This document shows positions 50,718 to 64,000 of a stretch of 64,000 bases of DNA, piece by piece. The notes beneath the pieces were generated by a model. The model had not been told where the DNA came from, searched no databases, and worked only from the letters and a program-made list of their open reading frames with translations. Position numbers and translations under genes: made by a program. Within the stretch, counting starts at the first letter, position 1. Each line of letters starts with the position of its first letter. This DNA is from Lytechinus pictus (Eukaryota). Where the stretch lies: positions 9,054,001-9,118,000 of the forward strand of contig NC_087251.1 in NCBI RefSeq assembly GCF_037042905.1, in the 5' to 3' direction.

Positions 50718-51828
50718 TAGAATAGTCACAGTATCACTGGCCCATGAACTGTACATGTTCATCTTTATTAATTTTTATTAATTGACTAATGCTCAATAGA
50801 ATGTATCTCATCTTTGTTTCTTTTTTTTAAAAGTTGTGTTGACTTTTTAAGATGCGATTGTTGTGATTGTTCCTGATAAACTGATTGTACATGTAATGAA
50901 TGTTGACTGATGCAGTTTTATTTACAGTGTACATTGCCGTTTCTGCAGTATCAATTTTTTTCATACATGTACATCTAGGAACATGCTCAAATATAATATA
51001 CACACCTGTACATGTTTATATATATATTTTATGTTCAGTTTACCCCTTTTCTTTGAGGGAAAAGTCCACTACGTTAATGTCTGCCATTTCTACCCAACAA
51101 ATTGCCATCTTTCCCAAGTTTCAAATCTTTTCACGCTTCACTACTAGATTTAATTTGTCCCTAACTCTGAATCACTGATAAACATTTTTCTATGAACATT
51201 TTATCTTTTATGTCTATCATATCACAATCATGAAAATTATTGTTTTTCAAGTAATTATTACTTTGAAAGAATACAGGAACTTTGTCCATAAACAATCAAA
51301 AAATATTTTATTTCAATTAGTATCTAGTTTGCCAATCACCATTATATTACAGTTGCTGTTACACTACTTCAGTGTGTCTAAAAAATATTGTACAAGTGAA
51401 GCTACCGTCTTTGGCAATTATAAAATACTCTTATGATATGATGCTTACATTAACTTCAAGAGCATCGTATTAGCTTTTCACTACCATTAGTTATTTTCAA
51501 TTTGCCTTATTATTCCTTAGAATTGGATTTAAACAACAAATTGAAAAATGGCATTTGAAAGCTCAGACTGATGGTGATGTGAGCATAGAGGGCCCTTATG
51601 ACTCGTGCAACTTTATGTTTCAGACACACTGTATTACTCATGCAAGCATTAATAGCTGTTTGATTGGTGCTTTTTTTTTTCTTAATACTCTACTTAATAT
51701 TACTCTACATAGGTTGGACATGGAGTTCTATTGGTCCATGATTGAATATCATGGTGCAATTTAGTAATTGATTTTTGATGTTGCATAATTGCATTTCATT
51801 GCAACTCTTTCAGCATAAGGTGACTTAA

Positions 51829-52607
51829 CCCTAAACTTAGCCCTTAACTGGGCTATTTCGACGCCTACATGTAAGAAGACTGGGGGGGGGGGGGGGGGGG
51901 GGGGGCTGATTCAGCCCCCCCTAATGATCTCGGCCGTCGATCGCGACGAAAATTGGCACGCACGTTACCCATGGCATTATCTACAAAACTATAATATCAG
52001 ATTCTGTGAAAAATCTCATTGCTCATTAAATTATGCTAATTTATGCGTAAAATCATAAGTTTGCTCTAATTAACAAAATAATGCCCCTAAAATGCTAATT
52101 TTGGTTTCAGATACTCTTTATAGGCATCTGATCAAATTTATTTTAAAAAAATGTCAACATCATATTTATTTTTTTATGTATTTTATTGTATTCTTAATTT
52201 TCTTATGTATTTCTTTGTTTTTTGACTTTTTGTTTTTTAAAGTTTTTTCAATGGAAATTGTCAGAGACTTTATTATGACCATAAACAAGATAAAATTAAT
52301 TGATTTTAAGCGGTAAAAGGAAAAATAATGATACATTTTATGAATTTGGCTAAAAACACTATTTGCATTGGATTTGTACACAAATTCACATTTTTGAGCA
52401 ATTTTGGGTCTGCATGCACTTACGAAATGTTGCGTAATTTCGGAATCGCGTACCCGGGGGTCGCAATTTTGGTCTCAAAAGCTGCGCGAGACTTGAAAGT
52501 AAAAAGTCAGCGAGTGACGCGGTCAAAAAAATTAGCGCGGCGGATTTATCGCGAAAAATGTCAAGGGGGGGGGCTGAATCAGCCCCCCAGTCTTCTTACA
52601 TGTAGGG
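51829..52607. mobile_element. piggyBac-like MITE in YY1 intron 2
   Basis: TTAA|CCCTA...TAGGG|TTAA; subterminal inverted repeat aagaagactgggg..gctgattcagcccc. Confidence 0.8.
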
Positions 52608-52734
52608 TTAAGGTCTTACATGTTACTTGATTTTGATTTAATTTATAATACCCACATTCAAATTTAAATTTTAATAGAAAATATTTTTTTTATTTCTTTA
52701 TTCAAATTGTGTTTGTTTTGTTTTTTAATTGAAG

Positions 52735-52795
52735 GATTAAACCAAAGAAGCCAAAAGATGATGATGTACCAAGAACAATAGCTTGTCCTCACAAG
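52735..52795 (+). CDS. YY1: YY1 exon 3 (IKPKKPKDDDVPRTIACPHK)
   Basis: Not in the ORF track; gaag acceptor, gtaagt donor; matches YY1 PRTIACPHK. Confidence 0.95.
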
Positions 52796-53310
52796 GTAAG
52801 TAAGTCAGCCCCAAGTTGGCAACTTGGTATATTTTTATTTGTCTAAATACATTGTAAAATGCACTGTTGTACACATGCCATTTTCAGTAAACTTTTAGCT
52901 GTGGGGGGGGGGGGGGAGTCTTTGGGAGTGTAGATTGAATGCAATGCTTAATACATACAATGCATACAGAGACACAAGCATTTAAAGACCCCAAAAAGAG
53001 AAGTATTTCTAGAGGAAAAAAAACTACATACATGAACATTTAGTGTTTGAAAAGTGAAAAATTGGTGTGTGATAAAGGTATTGATTATTTGAATGACATT
53101 GCTGTTTTTCTAATAAATTTCCTAGTTTGTCTGTTACAATTTGAGAATAGATTTCATTACACAGTATTTGTATTTTTTAAATTGTTTATTGGGATCAATG
53201 CTTTGTGTGCAACCTCGTTTGTAGATTTGGTGAATATTCTGCTGAATGTATTTAGAGAAATTTAACAAGAAATAGGTGAACAATGAATCATTTCATTGAT
53301 TAACACATAA

Positions 53311-53763
<453 letters not shown>

Positions 53764-53970
53764 TAAAAAAAGGTTGAAAACACATGGTTTTCATGTGATT
53801 AAAGACTAACTCTATATGGTAAAATGTAAAAGGGCATAAAGTATAAAAGGCCAATGAGAGACACTGAGGCCAATCAATAGATCATCAATGGCCATGTCAT
53901 TTGTGGCTTTGGATTAATGTATAGCCCTGTAATAGATTTAGCATAAATAGTCAAAGTCACACTGGTATAA

Positions 53971-54246
<276 letters not shown>

Positions 54247-57200
54247 ATGTAGTCAAGACATCTGAGCTGTAAAAAGCTCTATGTGATGCAGTGCTCCCTA
54301 GCCTTAACCCACGTACCTAATCAAGTGATGAGGGAATTTTTAAAGCTTTATTATTACCTATAATGTATCAATGACCCAGCAAACATTGTTGGTCAGTGTA
54401 CATGTATGTATAGGTTTGGTGACTTAAATGGTCTTTACAAAGTAAAGATGTTCATGTATTTTAATACTACTCCTATAGTTTCGTTATCTGTCCCTCTCTT
54501 TCCCCCTTTCCTCTTTCTACATTGAATTTCTCTGTCTCCATTGAATATCCTATAGATGATGACAACAGTAGAGGAACGCATTTAACTGATCGTCTAATCA
54601 ATAGTTCAGTATTGCACCTCGAAGTGTTGACTGTTAAGATGTTTTCTGTCTATATCTGTCTACACTCATCAGCTTTACAACATTCACAATTTTCTATGGT
54701 GTTCTGCACATCCCTTACTTGGCTGGCAATGTACATATCTATACATATTGCGTGACCTATGGCTTATCAGTAGCTGTCTCATGTTGAAATAGTATCTCTT
54801 AGCACTCTTTCAAATGGACTTAAATTTGTAAATATACAGTTTGAATTTGGTCATGGAAAGTGAATTGTATATCTATGCTACCAGGTTCATTATTAGTATA
54901 TATTTTTTCATGAAAACATGGTTTGGGAAATACAGTTTATCTTATCATTAAGATCCAAGATGATTTCTGGGGTATTAAATAACTCCGAGTTATTGTAGTG
55001 CATAAACCAGTCAATGCTGTCAGACCTGGCCAATTGGTGCATCATTTCCATTCATTTTAGAGCTGTTGCAAAAAAATATTTATTATGCTTTAATTAAAGT
55101 GATGTTTTAGGTATGTCTTTAATTTTTTTTTTTTTTTTTGGGGGGGGGGATTGACCTTGACAAGTATACAGAGACAGAGTTGTGCATTTCACTACTTACC
55201 TGCACAGATGTACGTGCTGTTAACAGTATCAAAGTTAAAGAAAATATACAATTTTGAACTACTGTATTTGCTTAGATGATATCTTTGTAAGGAAAACCAT
55301 CCACATGTGTCAACATGTTTCTGTTATCAGTTTATTGTAATTCTACCAGTAAACTAAAGTATAGTCATATCATCCTTGTTATGGCAGGAATGTCATTAAC
55401 TATTATTTAGAAATTCCTTGATGCCTATGATTAGGCTTTCTTGAGTTTTATTGGCCTTAGTCCTTGATTAGGCAACACTGGAATCCATCCGATGTGATCG
55501 CATTCCGGTAACATTTTTTCCCTATTCCGATGTTCTAGTTAATGAACAATACCACAATCCATATCTATAAATTCAGTATAATTTCTAATGTAGTTTTTTT
55601 TTTCTCACCATTCAGTATAGATCATTGAGTTGATTGTGATGCAAGTACCAAGATTTTAAAGCGCCCTCTGTGGCCGCAAATGGTGCATGATATGGTTACC
55701 AGCTTTGTGAGGCTGCAGTTATGAGAGACACATCAGAAACAATACTGAGTGTTTGGTAGGAAAGTGAGGATATGCGACATAAATCTTGCTTTTGATTTGT
55801 TTGATAATTTTTCAGAAATAAATTTTGTTGTATAATTATGATTTAAGCATTTCATTGTCAGGAAAATTAGAATCTGTATTTTCTATTCAATTTTTTTGAC
55901 ATGATTCTGTCCTAACTTTTATCATTAAAAATATTGTATTTCATTGACATTTCAGTCAATATGTAAATGTATTTGTGCTACAGATAGGTTTTTAATTTAA
56001 CAAACTTTATTCAAATATTTTTTTACTCTTTTGATTAGTGAATACTTATATTTTTAAATGTTAACCTTCTTCGCAATCATGTGTTTTGTATTTTGATACC
56101 TTATTTGAAATGCTCTTGAATTTCTGTGTACTTTGCATGGTTTGATTTTAAAAGAATTTTCAACGATGACTTTAAAAATTGTGGAACAGCCCATGTTTCT
56201 GATATATATTATTATTCAACTTCTGCCACCCCCCCCCCCCCAAAAAAAAGAAATAGACAATAGTTGCAGAGCTCATTTTCTGTACATAGCCATTCAAGTA
56301 GAGATTAATATCTTGGATTGGTTATGAAATAAATGTACGTTGCACTTGCATTATTGGACACTTCATTGGATGTACTTGTGTTGATCAAGACTGATAATGA
56401 AATAAATAACATCTTATTTTTTGGTCGATGAGTAACATCCATGATCCCTTTTGTCCCATTGTGCAATTCTGATAAGAGGCAACTTGACTGCAACAGGGGG
56501 GGGGGGGGGGCCATTTCATAAGCGTTTTGTAAGTGACACATAACATTACACGGAAGGTGACCATCTCTTATGCTTGATGGGAAATTTCAATTTTCACTGT
56601 TTGGAGTGCACTTCCTATAACCCTAATCTAACTTTGAAAAATATTGCATTTTGTAATCAGATGCTTATTGAAAATCAGAATTTTGTTTTACATAAATTGT
56701 ATATCAACTGTAGCTGATGAAAATAATGTTTGGGAATTTGATTTAGCACCCAGAAAATGCTCACCAGTGATATGTAATATAACTTCTTAAAAAGACTTTA
56801 TGAAACATTTGTTGCAGTCGCTCAATATGCAAGATGATTTTACACAGGGTTGAATAATTACTTGTACTTCAAAAAAAGAAGATTTTAAATGTTTGTAACA
56901 ATCAAAGAACTAAAATGAATTATTTTGGGTAACGGATGTTGCTTTGGTAATTAGTGCACCTGGTATTGTAATTGAATACTGTGTTTGCATTTGGTGAGGC
57001 TCAGCTGAAAGTCTGTTTCCACCAGAGATAATATTTACTCAATGATGATGCCCCAGTTCTCATCATATTTTATTTGTGTTTCTCATGAGATGAATATACA
57101 CCTGTGATCAAAGTGCATAATATATTCTTGTCAACAAGAAAAGTCTACAATGTCTCACATTTTTGTTTTGAAGGTTTACATGTTTTCATGTCTTCAGCAT

Positions 57201-57448
57201 GCTTGTCTTGAATAGTTGAAGTAGACTTATTTTGTTGTTTCTTTTGAATCCATCACATTCACATCCATTTTCACCTACCAAAATACAATTATGTATTTGT
57301 ACATGTAGGAGGCCTAATCAATATAATGGTGTACGTGTGCCATGTAAATAGTGGTTAAATTGAGACAGAAAGCCAACCTTTTCATAACCTTAACTACATG
57401 CAGCTATTTGAGATAAAAATAAAAGATAATTCCCATATCATGTTTTAA

Positions 57449-58048
57449 AGGTCAAGTCCACACCTGAAATATTTGATTTGAATAAATAGAGAAAAATCAA
57501 ACTACCACAACCCTGAAAATTTCATCAAAATCGTATGTAAAATAAGAAAGTTTTGACATTTTAAAGTTTCACTTATTTTTCACAAAACAGTGATATGCAC
57601 AACTCAGTAACATGCAAATGGGACGGTCAGTGATGTCCGTCACTCACTATTTTTTTGTTTTTTATTGTTTGAATTATACAATATTTCATTTTTTACAGAT
57701 TTGACAATAGGGACCAACTTAACTGAATCATATAGTTTTAAGCAATGCTAGTTCCACATGTGCATGGAGGATCAAGCGTTGTTTCACTTGACAATGAGGA
57801 GTAAATTAGAATATTTCATGTACAATGTAATAGAATACAAAAGAAATAGTGAGTGGATGACGTCATCAGTCTCCTCATTTGCATACCGACCAGGATGTGC
57901 GTATAACTGTTTTGTGAAATTGAGAAAAACTTTAAATTGTCATAACTTTCTTATTTTACATCTGATCTTGATGAAGTTTTCAGTGTTTTGCTTATTAGAT
58001 TTTCCTCTTTTTATTCAAAACAACTTTTTGTTGGGGTGGACTTGTCCT
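57449..58048. mobile_element. Same TTAA MITE family, copy 3
   Basis: TTAA|AGGTCAAGTCC...GGACTTGTCCT|TTAA. Confidence 0.82.
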
Positions 58049-58634
58049 TTAACAATAATGTATTGTTTTTTATTGGTTTATTCTTGGAGAGATTATTGCA
58101 GCATAATTAGAAAGTAAAACAACAACATCAAAAGCAATATCATTGATTGGTGGCTAGGCAAACAATATCTATGTAATTTTTTTTTTATTCTCCACTCGTT
58201 TTAACCTCTAAAATTAGGTGAATTAAAGCCCATGACTTAATGATAAATACTTTGTTCTCAGAGTGATGTTCTTTTGATAAATTTTATTTCTGTTGATGTT
58301 ACAGTTTAGTTTTTAGTACATGAAAATACTGTTCAATTCAATTACCAGTGTCAAAACTGAATGTTTTGCAGGTAATACGCAATTAGGTTCTCCAATATCA
58401 AAACATTGCATTAGAAGTATGGTTGATTAGGATGATGTGGTATAGCAAAGACCTTGTCATCTTCCTTTCCTAATGATATTCATGTTCAAATGATTCTGAA
58501 AGTATACCTTGAGTGTACCATTTATAGTTTAACAACCTTAGGTTTGCTATTTTTTTTAAATGTAATCTCATTTACATGTACATGTATGCACTTCCTAAAA
58601 CTAGAACCCCATCGGTATTGTATACATTTATCTG

Positions 58635-58791
58635 GGGAGCGTTTCATCAACATTTTCGTCCGACAAGTTGTCAGGTCTGACAACTTTCCTTGATTATGAT
58701 TGGCTGAGAGGCACTGTTACCATAGTAACTGTCGGATAAAACAGTACTTGTCGGATAAAACGTCTGACAAGTCCTTTCATGAAACGCTCCC
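58635..58791. mobile_element. Harbinger-like MITE, inverted copy of 27183-27339
   Basis: Near-identical reverse complement. Confidence 0.75.
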
Positions 58792-60086
58792 CCGGTGTGA
58801 ACCAGCTTTCTGTTGACTGGAAAGTATATTGAAAATTTACCAACATGACCAAGAATATGTAATGAATATGTAATGATGAATGAAATAAATGGATGGCTCC
58901 AACAATAATGAACTATTTCAGATGATGTCTTTTGTCATCAATCGTTTGCAAAATGAATGAATAATAAGAAGAAATTAACAAATATATAAAAGTAAAAATG
59001 ATAAAAATAAGGTAATTATGAAAATACACAAATTAAAAAAAAAAGTAATGAAAATACAAATAAATGATGCCTTAATTTATTTACATAGGGACCTGATATT
59101 GCCAGCATACTGTTTTGCTAATAGGATAGTTTGATATTGAAGTGTTTTGTTTTTTATATGCTTTGATAATGAATCTCTCATCCATATCTTTCACAAAGGA
59201 AATCAATCAAATAGCAGCAGCTAGCTAGCCTAGCTTATTGAAGCACTATTTGCATTACAATCAATCCATACTGAGCTAAAAATAATTGACAGTTCAACAA
59301 ACAAATTCTGTAACATTTTTTTACTTTAGTTTGTGTAACTTGCTTTTATGTTTAGCCATTTAATGCAAGGAAACTGTGTTTGTTCTATTGTGGGATTTTG
59401 ACGAAAGGTTTATTGTAAAAATAGAAAAAAACAAAAAGTGAAGGTTTCAAGAAAAACCATCAAAGTTAAAAAAGTTAGAACTGCAATTTAAATTGTTTGA
59501 TTTGTGATGTCATATGCAAGCAGCATCCCCATAAATTGTGTAGTATGACAATAAAATGTCATTTTCTGAAAAAAAATGAAAATGTTTTTTATTGTACTGT
59601 CAGTATATCAACCGACAAATTATTTTACACCTGCTCCTGAAAGAAAAAAGAACGAGTCATGAACCATTAAAATATCAAAATTTCAGCATTTTATTCTACG
59701 GCACCGAGCGCCGGTGATGGTAGCTCGAGCTAAAGCCGGTGTAATAATAGCAAGTGCTTTGTATCTTCAGGCAAAAGCGCTCTATAAATCCAGCTTTTAA
59801 CATTATTGTATGGGACCGCTGCTCGTATAATTATAACATGAATAAAAAACTTCAAATAACTTTCATATTTGATGGAATTTCCTCAATTCTTCACCAATAT
59901 TTTTATTGGTTTGGTTTTCCCTTTACCAGGAATTCATTAATTTTCAAAACTGTCTTATAAATTCAAACACTTATCATCCAAATTTCAATTACGATGCAGT
60001 AGGCACGATTCCCATTATCAGCTTTATATAAATCAAGAATACTAGTATTCTGGATTATGAACATAATTGTATATTTTTTTCTTTAA

Positions 60087-60650
60087 AGGGGTATCCAACC
60101 CAAATAAAAACTTGTTTTCAGAGGAAAAAGAAAAATCAGACAAGTTCATAGGTGAAAGTTTGAACAATATCGGACAAACAAGAAAGTTATGAATTTTCAA
60201 AAGGTTTAAAAATTGGTAATCACTATACCCATGGAGACTACAAATTGGTCGCATATGTGATGTAAGGCAAAGGCTACTCTTCCATCTACTCCAAGACATA
60301 AAATTGTTAAAATTTCATGTTTTTTTTTCTTCAAGTTACACTTCAAATTATATTTTTCTTTCATGAGGACATAAAACAATATACTACCTGGGTTATATTT
60401 AGATGACTGCCCCAGGGGGGATGGGTACTTATGAGAAAACCACAAATCCCTAATATTTAAGAAAATGGCCTATGGGAAAGTTGTCCTTGCCCATTGTCAC
60501 AATTTACTTACCCAGTTGCCAATTTGAAATCTACAGTCTGAGGGATCTCCATTTTAAAGCAGCCATCGCTTGTCCAATTTCTTTCAAATTTTCACCATTC
60601 TGTTTTCTTTATTTTTATCCTTTCCAACACAACATTTATGACCAAGGCTG
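60087..60650. mobile_element. Truncated TTAA-type (Kolobok-like) MITE
   Basis: TTAA|AGGGGTATCCAACCC start; gaaagtttgaa...cggacaa...aagaaagttat module like the other TTAA MITEs; right TIR missing. Confidence 0.5.
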
Positions 60651-63600
60651 GTGAAGCAAGTTGATCGTTTTCTCATATGATATTGCCTTAAATACTCGAC
60701 TCAAACCAGAAAAAGGAAAGACAGAAGCACAAATTTTCATCCTGGCACTTTATATTTAATATTCAACCTTAAAAAGGTGTGAAATAGGAAGACGAGATTT
60801 GCTTTGAGCATAAAGTATTCAAACACACGCTTACACTTTAAGATCATTATTTCAGAAGTTAAAATGCTAATTTTAAGACTTAAATGCGCATTATTTCTGT
60901 AATACGTAGAATTCATTAAGCATGATGATACATGTTCTTGAACAGAGATGCCACTCTCTAATTGAAAATAAAGAAATAAAAATCCAGCAAATGTGTGCCC
61001 TAGGGAAGAATCTGTTGCTTGGAGTTTGATCCAGTGCATCCTGAATATTGTTAATTGTTCTTAGAATTACTCCCAGAAACAAAGATGTCTAGGAAATAAT
61101 ATATGAGAAAGTAATTATTTCATCCTTTCATTCTTTCTGAAGTATGTAATCACTTATCAGTCTTGACAGAAAATATCCATCCTCCAGGAATTATTATTCT
61201 GAAGAGTGGCATCTCTAGGTATACACATAAAACAACCTATGGATGACACAGTCTAATGACAGAGATGAAAACAATGAAATTGAATTTCACAGTCACTAAC
61301 TTTTTTTTTGTATAACATTTATGTTAGTTTGACTTGCCATTTAAATACAAGTCAGCCACTAATAATATATAATATTTTCTTTACAATCTATATATTTGCG
61401 ACATTAAAAAACCCAGCTAATATGACACAGTTCAAACACATACATACATAAATAAAGAATACCCACATCAATTTCTTATACTACCATACAGTAAAAAAAG
61501 TATATGGACCACTACACTTGTTAGACTAGTAGTATTCAGCATTTGAAGAATACGTATATAACGAAATAAATTTTGTGTACATGAACACTTTTGTAGATAT
61601 ATTTTTGATATATTGATGACAATAAACTTAAAGGGGATATATTGCTAGGAAAAGCCACTCCTATAGGCCACTACTGCTCTTCAATACAATGTAAGAATTA
61701 GTTCGCCATACCCTCTAAAAAAATCAATTTAATGATTTTACATTCAAACTTCCAAATTTACATTCAAACTTCCAAATTTTGTCAATTAAGAGTTGTAATG
61801 GAAAGTTAATCTAATCAAGTAACAAGTTATAACAAAATCAATAATGTTCATCTATGATCATTATATGTTACTAAGGGCCTCATGGAAGACCACTACTATT
61901 GGTGATGAGTCATTCTGTCTAAATATCAGTAATAAACAAATAAATACATAAATAAATAAAAAGTGGTAAGTGGTTATACACATATTGAATGTAAGCGGAA
62001 AATGCTTTTGAATACTACATACAGCAATTAAATCGATAAAATTTACGAACAGAGTAAATCATTAAAAATACACCCATTCCAGCAACGAATAAAGGATTAA
62101 CAAAAAAATACATAATCTTCATTAAGAGTAGACCTTTATTACTACATGTATTTCCTGTACACTTAAGTACAGCTGGTTATTTTTTTATTTTTTTTTAAAT
62201 CTGCACTGTATACTGGTATTTCAAGTTTTCTATATCCTCCACCACCTGGATTTTTTTCTTGGGATCATTTATCACTCATGCCGACAAAACTATAAAAGCT
62301 TGATTTTCATTTTTTGTGTACTTGGGTTTTCAGTCTTCAAACAGTAAAGGACTTGGTTATGACAGGGTTTTAAAAGCCTATCTTTGATTTTGGAAAACCA
62401 CCCAGAAATTGATCTCACTTTTCCAATTCAATATTAAATTATATGAATGTGTGTGCCCTAAAACAATTACAGAGTGAAGGGGTCCAAAATCAGAATGTGT
62501 TTTTATTGAAAAATGTACGGATTTTACATCAAAATTTTTCTTGAACGGGTGCCCAATCAAAATAAAATATTTAATTTTGTCTTGCTTATCAAACCCCTTC
62601 TCAAGCATGGAATGGGCATATCAAATCACTAATTTTGTATAGTAAGCGCCAAAAAGGCTAATTAAAAGATAAAACATTACAGAGAGAGGGTGCTAGATGC
62701 CAAATTCTGAATTCTATCGGCTGAAAAACAGTCATTGACCTCTAATTTTTTAAATATGAATATTGGAGTGTAACTCCCACTAGCAATTCCATAAAATAAT
62801 CAACCTTTTTGTATGTCCGACCTTCATTTTTCTCAAGTCTTACCTCACTTCATAAACTGACCAAGTCATGGTCCTTTGAGAACATTACAGACTGTCAGAA
62901 GAACACAAAATCAGATACAGAAAATTTCACGATTGAAGGTCCCACATATGGGAGGTCGAACATACTTAGTGTATTTCATGGAATTGCCCATTATACTGAC
63001 CCTCTACCAAAACTTTAGACAGGCTTTGAAGCCAAGTCAAATTAAAGAATTTGAAGAAGCTGATGTACAGGTGTACGTGGGTTCATATACCCAGCAATTC
63101 TTCTGAATTCATATCATGAATTGCTCTTACATAAATGACATGGACACCACATGTAGAGTTCTTCAAATACAAAGTAAATATTACTCATTTCCAGAAATTA
63201 AATGCGACATACATTGTAATGCTACATAGATTTTGAAACAGTGACTTGTAATTTCTGAACTGACGGTGTTCCATAACTTATATTCAAATAATAACATATT
63301 TCAGCATTCCACAAATACATCATTTGGTAGTAACTATCAATTGCATATCAGAGTATAGTAAAAATAAAAACCCTATTATTCCAGAAATTCAGACAACTGC
63401 TATTTACTGTATAAGCTGAAAGAACCAGGAAAACATAATATAGTGTAATTCAGTTTGTTTCAAGGCACATATTATGAACAAGGAATACCAGCTAGATAAA
63501 ATAAGAAAACATTAAAATTCATGGAATATATTTAGTACTAAATACAACAATCTTTGCATTTGATTTTAAGCATGAAAATAATCCAAGTTTATAGATGATT

Positions 63601-64000
63601 GAAAAGAGAAAAAAATAGACATCTATATAAATTTGTATCCTTAAAGCAATGAGATTAATACTTGCTGATTTGGTTTGTTTTACCTGAATGCTGTTAGTCT
63701 AAAGGCCTAATACCAATCACAAAGATAGGGTAAATTCTGCTTTGCTTCTAAATCAAATTAGAATTGTACTAGATCTATATCTAAATAATCTATCTTGCCT
63801 TAAATACAGGTATAACTATGAATTATCTGTGATTTTTCTCATTTTTAACAGACACTTCCTCAGTAATAATAATGAAAAAAGTAAAGTACTTCATCATGTT
63901 TGTGACTACCAGCATCAGAATGTTCAATATTCATGAAATCTTCATATTCTGGAAAAAAAATCACAATTTTGTGCAAAGATAAACAGTATCATTAACAAAG

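Noticed and set aside
51860..52607. TACATGTA at 51866 and 52597 as proof of footprint insertion into the piggyBac-like MITE
   Set aside because: They sit at mirror positions of the element's inverted repeat and may be native to it; not usable as evidence without the family consensus.
60700..64000. Possible third gene or 3' UTR of a convergent gene
   Set aside because: No convincing spliceable coding exon or motif found; cannot be supported from sequence alone.

Overview
AT-rich, intron-rich eukaryotic DNA from a marine invertebrate; gene content and repeat style suggest a deuterostome such as a sea urchin (inference). Two + strand protein-coding genes could be rebuilt by hand with GT-AG introns and consistent phases. 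(1) The 3' three-quarters of a soluble adenylyl cyclase (ADCY10/sAC): 24 exons over 1-30150, about 1375 aa, covering the end of catalytic domain C2, a STAND-type P-loop NTPase and a TPR-like tail. (2) A complete 5-exon YY1 gene at 41614-54246 (396 aa, REPO domain plus four C2H2 fingers). Introns and intergenic DNA hold many non-autonomous elements: Helentron/HINE-type, Tc1/mariner-like, hAT-like, TTAA-targeting and Harbinger-like elements, plus CR1/L2 and L1/Tx1 LINE fragments, several nested. Main observations: a sharply bounded excess of the palindrome TACATGTA over the YY1 gene body, resembling repeated Tc1/mariner excision footprints; a cluster of YY1-binding sites in YY1's own first intron and over an in-frame ATG; HINE elements carrying arrays of perfect DR1 nuclear-receptor sites into sAC introns; and CAG-ended elements with 5-, 7-, 8- and possibly 13-bp target duplications, one supported by an empty site within the window. 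All coordinates and counts were read by eye.
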